64,000 nucleotides of DNA from positions 8,680,001 through 8,744,000 of the forward strand of contig JBHGNT010000016.1 of the NCBI GenBank assembly GCA_043228905.1, in the 5' to 3' direction. Within the stretch, counting starts at the first letter, position 1. Each line of letters starts with the position of its first letter. Positions 54,800-64,000 of the stretch are shown here, in pieces. A program made the translations under genes and the position numbers. The stretch comes from Azolla caroliniana (taxonomy: Eukaryota; Plantae; Polypodiophyta). The notes under the pieces are model-generated. The model had not been told where the DNA came from, searched no databases, and worked only from the letters and a program-made list of their open reading frames with translations.

Positions 54800-55955
54800 T
54801 GTTGAGTGGACAAGCTCAACCGGATCTGGATCGAGTGAATAAGCCAGAGCCAGATCAGTATCTGGAACCAAGAGCCGGATAAGATTGTAACCGGTAGGCC
54901 GTTAGAGGCCTTCAATCTTAACCTAGTATGTAGGCATATTTCTTGGAGTTAGTGTCAGTCGCTCGTATGAGCATTGAATTACATGTCAGTACTTTTGTTA
55001 GTTCTTTAATGAACTTGTATAAAAGTGCTCACGGAGCACATTGTATGTACAAAGTGTTTTATTTTGAATTGAGTTTATGTTCTGCTCTCTTTGTCACTCC
55101 CGCATACGGTGTGTGTGATTTAAGCTTTCAATTAAACCTGTGTATATTCTTTTTCGCTATCTGGTGAAGCCCCTCTTGTCTACAAGCTTCCGCACTTCAG
55201 AAGGCCCGGATTTGTGAAGCCTGCCAGCTCGGGAAGCAACATCGGCTTCCGTTCCCCACCGAAAGAAACCGGAGCTGTAACAAGCTCAACCTAATACATT
55301 TGGATGTATGGGGACCAACATAGAACGTTAGTCTTGGTGGGGGGCGATATTTCTTCTCCTTCATCGACGAGTACAACCAACACACATGGATCTATCTGAT
55401 TGAAAGGAAAAACGAAGATTTCGATTGTTTCCGGAATTTGCAAAGTCCTGTGGAACGGGAAACGTAAGGAAAGATCAAGTGCTTGTGGTCAGATGGTGGA
55501 AAAGAATATTTTTCTGGCCATAGTAGAAGGGAATTCAGAGATAATTCAACTGTTGATATACGCTGGAGCAAAACGGTGTTGCCGAGAGGAAGAATCGGTC
55601 AATTGTGGAGGCAACATGGGCGATGCTGTAAGAGAAGAGCATGCCCAAGTTCTACTGGGCCGAGGCGGTCCAGACGGCTATCTATATCCAAAACCGGATC
55701 GGGGATAAGGTGTTAACACACGAGCTATATTTCGGGCGTAAGCTGAATTTACGACACCATTGGCCAAAACTGTTAGAAACATTAGAAACATTAGAAGGGT
55801 ATTCGACAACATTGCCTATGTGCATGTGCCGGATGCGAAGTGGAGGAAGTTGGACCCAAAGTCAAAGAAGTGCATACTAGTCGGCTACTCTCATGAACGA
55901 AAGGGGTACAAGTGTTACAAGCTTCGGACAAAGGAAGTCCGTGTTAGGGTGATGT
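54800..55955 (+). mobile_element. Truncated copia E3 (partial LTR plus integrase fragment)
   Basis: TGTTGAGTGGACAAGCTCAAC resembles the E1/E2 LTR starts; 55200-55950 matches E2 integrase (ICEACQLGKQHRLPF, MPKFYWAEAV); gag/PR and RT absent. Confidence 0.88.
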
Positions 55956-56594
55956 TCTAATGTGAGCATATGATAAGGATAAAAGATAGATAAATAAGAA
56001 CGGAGAGAGAGAAAGAAGGGTGCCGATCCACCCGACCACCCTTTCTAGGACACACATATTTACCTAGGGATTTAGCCGTTGTCCAAACTTTAGTGTCTGT
56101 AAATGGTTGAAGCAACTGGGAAGCCATTACATGAGTGACCTTCTGTTGTACTATTTCTAGTACAAGTTGTCTTTTATTAAGATCTTCCTCTGAGAAGGAT
56201 TTAGCAGATAACAATTGATGGTAATATGTCGTAGCTATGTCCCGCATCTCAGAATCATCCGTTGTATAAGACCCATCAAGTAGTTTTAGGGTTTTAATAG
56301 ACAATGTTTTATACTTATGTTTAAATTGACTGAAGAACTCTCTGTTAACCTATCCTGCTTCTGTGACCAAGAAGTTGTATTACGCTGGTAGAAATACAAG
56401 CCTCTCGCATGTTGCTTTTCTTTTAAATTGCTTTTTACTTGTTGTAAATCTGAGAGTAGCATAGGTGAGTTTGGGTATTGTTCCAATAACTTTTGTGTTG
56501 CATCCAATGCTCGATGCTATTGGGAGACAGGTCCCTCCGGATGGGAAGGGAGAAGAACAGTGCCGATGAACAAACTCGGCCGAGGCCGAAACCG

Positions 56595-56810
56595 GATGAG
56601 GAGTACCCAGCTACGGAGAGCAGGATGGTACAGACCCAGTGAAGACCAGATGAGGAGTACCCGGCTACGGAGAGCCGGATGGTGCAGACCTGGTGAAGAC
56701 TGGATGAGGAGTACCCGGCTACGGAGAGCTAGATGGTACAGACCCGGTGAAGACCGGATGAGGAGTACTCGGCTACGGAGAGCCGGATGGTGCAGACCCG
56801 GTGAGAACCG
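56595..56810 (+). repeat. 54-bp tandem repeat x4 in the F 5' LTR
   Basis: GATGAGGAGTAC units at 56595, 56649, 56703 and 56757. Confidence 0.95.
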
Positions 56811-57292
56811 GATGAAGAGACATATTCGTAAATATGTCTCTGAGAGTCCATCAGGGCTATATTTGTAAATAGCCGAAAAGTCATATTAGTATAAATATGA
56901 CTTAGGGCAAACTTTTAGTCATCGTTGTTATTCTTGTCTACGCGAGATCAGAGTGCGTAACAGTGTACAGAGAGTGAGAGAGAGAGGAAGAGGTCGTTGC
57001 CTCTGATTGTAACCGCCGCCTGTGGCGAGGATCGTGAGCACGAGGTCGTTGCCTCCGTGAACTCACTGTTGTACATTCTAACATAATGATAGTCTGCAGC
57101 CTGTGGGCTGTCGTGGTTTTTCCCTTAGTTTGGGTTTTCCACGTAAACATCCTGTGTACCCTTCTCTTCTTTGTGTCGTGCATTTATCTCCCGTTTTCTG
57201 TGTATGATCCTAAGCTTAGTTGTGGCCGAGCGTTGCGTATACGGAGCGTTTTAGTTCCCGTCAAGTGGTATCAGAGCGAGACGACATAGAAA

Positions 57293-60200
57293 ATGGACGA
57301 ATCATTTGGCGGCATGTTCAAGCTCACCGGCTCCAACTATTCAGTGTGGAAGTCGAAGATGAGGGACATGCTCGTGGTTAAAGATCTTTGGTTACCGGTT
57401 CAGTTCGGGGACAAGAGACCGGACAAGATCGACGCCACAATATGGGAGGTGATGCACATGAAGACAACAACGTACATACGGTGCTTCATCGACATGAGCC
57501 TATACAACAACTTCAATGAAGAGAGCAAGGCTCATGAGCTCTGGGAGAAGATCGGCATTATGTTTCAGAACAAAAATGCTGTTAATCAGGTTTCGGTATT
57601 CCGGAAGCTAGTAAGACTCCGGTACCAAGATGCCTCCAGCATGGCGGAGCACATGAATGCCTTCCAGGGGCTGATCCACCAGGAAACTTCATTGGAAGTA
57701 CCTCTCGCCGACGAGGTACTAACACTACTCCTGCTCGGTTCCCTCCCGGATAGCTGGGAGACGTTGGTTGTCACTTTGGGCAATGCCGGGCCGGAAGGAA
57801 AGCGGTTATCCCTAGCAAGAGTAAAGTCGAGCTTGCTAGATGAGGAGGCGCGTCGGAAAGATAAAGATACGAGCTCCGACTCCAAAGCGCTCCTTACCGA
57901 ATCGGAACGCGGAAGACATAGAAACCGTAGTCCCTAGAACCAGGAGAAGTCGGGGACACGGTCAAAGTCAAGGGGGAGGCCTACTTACTTCTATTGCGGC
58001 AAGCCGGGACACTTCCAAAAGAACTGTCGGCATTTCTGAAAAGATAAGGAGACCGACGGTACCGATTCGAAGTGGACCCCGGACCGGAACGACAAAGACC
58101 GGAGGGGGCCGGACCGGAAGGGAACGACGACAATCGCTGCAAGTGAAGAAGAGTTGATGCTCATCACCGAGGAGAGTGAGATAAACCTTTCCGGCGACGA
58201 GATGACCTGGGTGGTAGACTCCAGAGCGTCATTCCACCTTACCCCGGACCGGAAATGCTTCTCATCCTACTCAACCGGTGAGCACGGCTGTGTTCGGATG
58301 GGGAATGAAGGTACATGCCGAATTGTCGGCATATGAGACGTGTGGCTGTCAACACCAACCGGATGCAAGTTGTTACTGAAGGATGTTCGACACGTTCCGG
58401 AGGTTCGACTGAACCTGATATCAGCCGGTCGGCTAGATGATGAAGGCTACATGGGTAGCATCCGGAACGGTGTCATGAAGTTCAGCAAAGGGAGCCTGAT
58501 TGTGGCTCGGACCCGGAAGGTAAACACGTTATACCTGATGAATGCCCGGTTATGTCCGGAAGAAGTGAACATGGCATCCGACACTACCGGTGAGCTGTGG
58601 CACAAGAGGCTGTGTCATATGAGCGAGAAGGGGATGAAGAGGCTTGCAGACGACAACCTCATTCCAGTGAAGAACGTGCACTTGGAGAAGTGCACTGATT
58701 GTCTGACCGATAAGCAAAACCGGACCTCCTTCCGACCAAGGCCACCGATGAGATGTAATGCACCACTGGAGTTGGAGCATATGGATGTGTGTCAAGTAGA
58801 CACGAAGTCACATGCCGGAGCGCAGTACTTCGTGACGTTCATAGATGACCACAGCCAGAAGCTTGATGGAAATAATCGACACTTTCCAAACTTCACTTCT
58901 CGGCCACAGCCAAGGAAACACACGAATCGTTGTTGCAGAAAATGGGAAATGCAAAATAAGTAAGTGGACACGCGATTTAACGTGGAAAACCCTGTACGGG
59001 AAAAACCACGGGAGTACAAGACTCCGAACCAAAACTATGCACAGAGAAATATACAATGGCGAGCTGCAAGGCGACGACCTTGAGCTCGCTGTCCTTGCCA
59101 CAGGCGGCGGGATTACACAGAGGCGTCGACCTCTTCCTCTCTCACGCTCTATCTCTCTCACGGCTGCTCTCTCTTCACTCCTCTTGAGTGGGAAAAACAG
59201 AAAAATAAGCAACATTAAAACAGTTTGCCCTAAGTCATATTTATACACATATGACTTTCGGGATATTTACAACTATAGCCTCAAGGGCCCTTGGCAAACA
59301 TATTCACAAATATGTCCCCGCATCCGGATCTCTCTCCGGGTACATTCATCATCCGGCTCCGTAGCCGGGGTCTTCATCATCCGGCTCCGTAGCCGGGGTC
59401 TCTTCATCCGGCTTCATGCTGGGTACTCTTCATGCTCCGGTTCCGTAACCGCAACCGGGCTTGCCGTCATTCATCTCCGGACATCCCATCCGGAGGGACC
59501 GAAATCCCAACTAAGCTGTGGGCCACACCGTTGAAGACGAAGGATCAGGTGCTATCCGTCTTCAAAGAGCTCCACGCGAGAGTGGAAAGAGAAACCGGCT
59601 GCAAGCTGAAGGCGGTTCGAGCAGATAACGGAGGAGAATACCGGGGGCAGTTCGAGGAGTACTGCCGCTCGAAGGGAATCGGGCTCGAATTTACCGTGCC
59701 GAAGACGCCGGAACTAAACGGACTGGCCGAGAGGATGAACCGGACCATAATGGAGAGGGTCCGGAGTATGCTAGCACATGCAAAACTACCCAAGAAGTTT
59801 TGGGCTGAGGCATTGTCGACGGTGACATATGTGATAAATAGATCACCCTCAGTACCCTTGGACGGAGACACGCCACAGAGAGTATGGACCGGTAAGGAAG
59901 TATCCTACCGGCATTTGAAGGTGTTCGGGTGTCTTGCGTACGTGCATGTAGCTAAGGACCGGAGAGGAAAGTTGACCTCCATACAGATGGTGCTGAGTAT
60001 AGCGGCAAGAATGGACCTCGAGGTAGAGCAGTTGGACGTGAAGACGACATTCCTTCATGGTGACCTTGAAGAGGAGATCTACATTCAGCAACCGGAAGGA
60101 TTTGTGGAGAAAGGGAAGGACCACCTGGTTTGCCGGTCGAAGAAGAGCCTGTACGGACTTAAGCAGGCTCCCCAACAATGGTACCAGAAGTTCGACTCCT

Positions 60201-61267
60201 TCATGACCGATCAAGGGTACCACAAGACACAGGACGATCACTGTGTGTTTGTGAAGAAGTTCGAAGGAGGCGACTTCCTGATACTCCTTCTGTACGTGGA
60301 TGACATGTTGATCGTTGGACAAGACCAAGTCAAAATACGGATGCTGAAGAAGGCCCTCAACCGGACCTTCTCAATGAAAGACTTGGGTCCGGCAAGACAG
60401 ATGCTGGGCATGCATATTATCCGGAACCGGTAAGTGAAGCAATTATGGCTGTCACAGGAGAAGTACGTGACAAAGGTGCTTCACTGGTTCAACATGTCAG
60501 ATGCGAAACCGGTCGGATCGACACTTCCGGCAAACTGCAGGCGATCCGGTAAGCAAAGCCCGATGACGAAAGCAGAGAAGGCGGATATGATGAAGATTCC
60601 ATCTGCCTCTACCGTCGGGAGCTTGATGTACGCAATGGTGTGTACCCGACCGGATATAGGATACGCAGTCGGAGTGGTGAGCCGGTTTATGAGCAATCCC
60701 GGCAAGGAGCACTGGAACGCAGTCAAATGGATACTCCGGTATTTGAAGGGCACTTCAAATATGTGTCTTCGATTCGGCTCCGGAAAACCTCAACTTGACG
60801 GTTTCACCGATTCAGACATGTCGGCTGATGTGGATACCAGCCGATCTACATCCGGGTATGTAATGACATATGCAGGGGGAGCTGTCTCGTGGCAGTCGAG
60901 GCTGCAGAAGACGGTTGCATTGTCAACCACGGAGGCGGAGTACATGGCGGCTGTGGAAGCCGGCAAGGAAATATTATGGAAGGACTTCATCGGAGAGCTC
61001 GGTATCCGGCAAGATGAATTCCGACTCTATTGCGACAGTCAAAGTGCCATCCATCTTGCTAAGAATGCGGCCTACCATTCCCGGACGAAGCATATCCAGA
61101 GAAGGTATCACTGGATCCGGGAAAGAGTAGATGACCAGGAGTTCGCGCTGACGAAGATCCACACGACCGAGAATGGGTCAGATATGTTGACCAAAGTGTT
61201 GATACCCGACAAGCTGGATGCATGCCGGAAGAGGATCGGACTGGTAAGACACCCCATGCCGGAGTGA
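57293..61267 (+). pseudogene. Copia F gag-pol
   Basis: MDESFGGMFKL, WVVDSRASFH, DNGGEY, EQLDVKTTFLHG, YVDD, SDMLTK; stops, solo-LTR insertion, IN-RT deletion. Confidence 0.93.
58864..59512 (-). mobile_element. Solo LTR of an F/A-related copia inserted antisense in the F integrase
   Basis: TSD AAGCT 58859-58863 / 59513-59517; removal restores DHSQKLWATPLK; minus-strand start resembles the F LTR (GGTCCCTCCGGATGGGA). Confidence 0.92.
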
Positions 61268-61354
61268 AGGGGGAGTTTGTTGGGAGACAGGTCCCTCCGG
61301 ATGGGAAGGGAGAAGAACAGTGCCGATGAACAAACTCGGCAGAGGCCGAAACTG

Positions 61355-61623
61355 GATGACGAGTACCCGGCTATGGAGAGCAGGATGGTACAGACCCGGC
61401 GAAGACCGGATGAGGAGTACCCGGCTACGGAGAGCAGGATGGTACAGACCCGGTGAAGACCGGATGAGGAGTACCCGGCTACATAGAGCCGGATGGTGCA
61501 GACCCGGTGAAGACTGGATGAGGAGTACCCGGCTACGGAGAGCCGGATGGTACAGACCCGGTGAAGACCGGATGAGGAGTCTCGGCTACGGAGAGCCAGA
61601 TGGTGCAAACCCGGTGAGAACCG
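61355..61623 (+). repeat. 54-bp tandem repeat x5 in the F 3' LTR
   Basis: Units at 61355, 61409, 61463, 61517 and 61571. Confidence 0.95.
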
Positions 61624-63329
61624 GATGAAGAGACATATTCGTAAATATGTCTCTGAGAGTCCATCAGGGCTATATTTGTAAATAGCCGAAAAGTCATATT
61701 AGTATAAATATGACTTAGGGCAAACTTTTAGTCGTCGTTGTTATTCTTGTCTACGTGAGATCAGAGTGCGTAACAGTGTACAGAGAGTGAGAGAGAAAGG
61801 AAGAGGCGTTGCCTCTGATTGTAACCGCCGCCTGTGGCGAGGATCATGAGCACGAGTTCGTTGCCTCCGTGAACTCACTGTTGTACATTCTAACATAGTG
61901 ATAGTTTGCACCTGTGGGCTGTCGTGGTTTTTCCCTTAGTTTGGGTTTTCCATGTAAACATCCTGTGTACCCTTCTCTTCTTTGTGTCGTGCATTTATCT
62001 CCCGTTTTCTGTGTATGATCCTAAGCTCGATTGTGGCCGAGCGTTGCGTATACGGAGCATTTTAGTTCCCGTCAGATGCAAATTAGAAATCTGTGCACTA
62101 CATCGATCAACTGAAGAGGCAACTATATTTATGAAGAAACTCTTGACGTCAAGGATGTTATAAGTGATATCTTTGAGCAGGAAGGCATCAAAGAAGCTAT
62201 ATTTAGACCAGATTTGAGCTATAGAAACTCTATGAGTTTCATTGCCAAGCAATGAGATCGGGATATGGAAGTGCTTAAGATAGGATCTTCTGGTGAATAC
62301 AATGTTTAACTTCAATGGATAATGATCAAAAGTTACCATCTTGGCAATAATCCCCATAGATCTAGAAGCTTCCCCAAAAAAACTACTAGCATAGAACCTA
62401 TCCAATCGTGCCAAATTAGCTACAACCACACTACCATTTGACTGGGAGAAATGAAGAGAGCCTTGCAATTGAGAAATGGAGTGAATATTCCATAGGTCCA
62501 ATAAACCAAAAGAGAAACAGAAGGAATCCCAAGCTCTAGCTTCTCGGCCTGTAATTGTACTGATTGAGCCTCCCCTTCTATCCGATGCTTCTTCAATCAT
62601 GTTAAAGTCACCACCCACAAGCTAAGAATCCGCTAATCCGACGTATTCAGAAAGAGAAATCCAAAAGGAAGCTCTTTCTGAGGCTGAGTTAGAAGCATAT
62701 AGATTTATAATACTAGTCTTTTGAGGTCCTATTTGAAGAATAAGAAATTGCGCTTTTTTATTCAAAATAGTACCTACCGAGACTATGATGGATGCCCATT
62801 GTTCTTTAATAGCCATACATAAACCAACTTGTCTACTTTTTGGACTTATCGTTGGGACCCAGAAATGTATCCATCTCCCTGGCAGGATGGAACCATAACT
62901 TTGTAGCCTATTAGCGGACAAGTGTTGCTCTTGCAAAAAAAGAATATCAATAGCACCAACATTAGGTGTATCTAGATCTGCTCATATAATTCCTTTAAAT
63001 CTAGGAAAGGCCTGACACCCAAGGTCTTGCACGTTCCAAGAAAGGATATTTAACTTGTCCATACTACATATGATTTAAAGATGTCCGTTTCTCAAGGAGA
63101 ACATCTTGGAGACTGTTCTTAGCACCCTCTTGAGCGCGGATTTGTTGCTTTGTTAGCAAGTCCTTCCCTGCATACTTATGAACCCTATGCTCTTTGATAG
63201 CCTTATCCAACACCTGGCCTTCTGCCATATCCTTCGAGGATCCAAACTTGAAACCATTGGCCTCTTTCTCTGCCAATAACAATTCTACTTTCATTGTTTC
63301 CTTTTTCTCAACAAGAAAGGTCATTTCAA

Positions 63330-64000
63330 CAAAAAGGGGGGTCATCCACGGGAACCAGAAAAGGGCGCTCCAAGCAGCCAACCAGACCAAAACCAAGCAC
63401 TTACCACAGGACCTCAATCGGGTACGGCCACAAACGCCGAATCCAGCAACACCCGGAAGGCGTATTGCTATTATTGCCGGCAAGAAGGCCACTATAGTAA
63501 CCAATGTCCGACGAAGAGCTACGACAAGCGACCAACGGTGAACATGGTAGACGCAGAAGTCGCGGACTTACAACAAGTCACTACAAGATCAAAAGGCAAA
63601 GCCATGGAGTGGGAAACTCAAGAAGCCATCCGGAAGCAGGCAACCGAATGGGTGAAGAAGGCAAACGAGCGGAATGCGGCACAACTCGAACAACAAAAGG
63701 AGAATGCCGAAGAGCTCACCGGCTTAGGGCAGCCCGAAAACCCAACATGGCAAGCGTTACAAGAATGCCAAATAACAGTACCGTTAGGCCGGCTATTGCA
63801 ACTAGTACCACGCTTCACAGCAGGACTGACGACAGGAATGATGGCAACCGACACACCGCCGGCTCCGGCATTCTTTTCAAATCCGAAGGAAGGACCGGCA
63901 GTGGTAGACACGAGCAGTTCGACAATCACAACCATCGTGAAAGGCAAAGAGCTACCCGACACGATTATCGATGGAGGATCCGGTGTGAACGTGATCAGCC
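63330..64000 (+). mobile_element. Gypsy H gag-end/protease, relative of C; runs off the window
   Basis: CYYCRQEGHYSNQCP..VNMV..QQVTTRSKGK..EWETQEAIRK..IIDGGSGVNVI, collinear with C; no LTR at the left junction (left boundary approximate). Confidence 0.88.

Larger units (their letters stand above)
56518..62074 (+). mobile_element. Ty1/copia element F (Tork/Tnt1-like, related to A), internally deleted
   Basis: LTRs 56518-57263 and 61278-62074; TSD GATGC; PBS 57266-57278; PPT GAAGGGGGAG 61266-61275. Confidence 0.96.
56035..63330 (-). mobile_element. LINE remnant: ORF1 end plus ORF2 endonuclease and linker, no RT; split by copia F
   Basis: ORF2 ATG 63062 MDKLNILSWNV..LQE..NLYA..GGDFN..RLDRFY..DHYP; continues at 56512-56040 (YYHQL..PFT..CP); upstream ORF stop at 63064. 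Confidence 0.85.

Noticed and set aside
56595-61623. CRISPR-like array or repeat-protein ORFs (MRSTRLRRAGW..)
   Set aside because: Head-to-tail units without unique spacers, inside copia LTRs in eukaryotic DNA.

Overview
Eukaryotic land-plant nuclear DNA; a non-seed plant such as a fern is suspected from the element types, but that is inference only. The window holds one intact host gene, a 19-exon NADP-dependent malic enzyme (minus strand, 29040-22057, 587 aa, one GC-AG intron, ABRE/G-box cluster upstream), set among retroelements. 866-20900 is a four-level nest: gypsy remnant D < Tork/Tnt1-like copia A < GC-rich gypsy B (4-bp CCGG TSD, -1 frameshift signal after the protease) < young AT-rich gypsy C (LTRs about 99% identical, extra 822-aa coiled-coil ORF). 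Downstream are two full-length copia elements (E1, E2) with a conserved in-frame Pol extension and a duplicated PPT, a truncated relative (E3), three LINE fragments, copia F (54-bp LTR VNTR, nested solo LTR) and the start of a relative of C. The most striking observation is that gypsy C has no polypurine tract. Its place is taken by a GC-rich hairpin ending in a tRNA-like ...ACGUGCCA tail complementary to the element's own displaced PBS, which suggests a non-canonical priming mechanism. All coordinates and alignments were made by eye; no database search was run.
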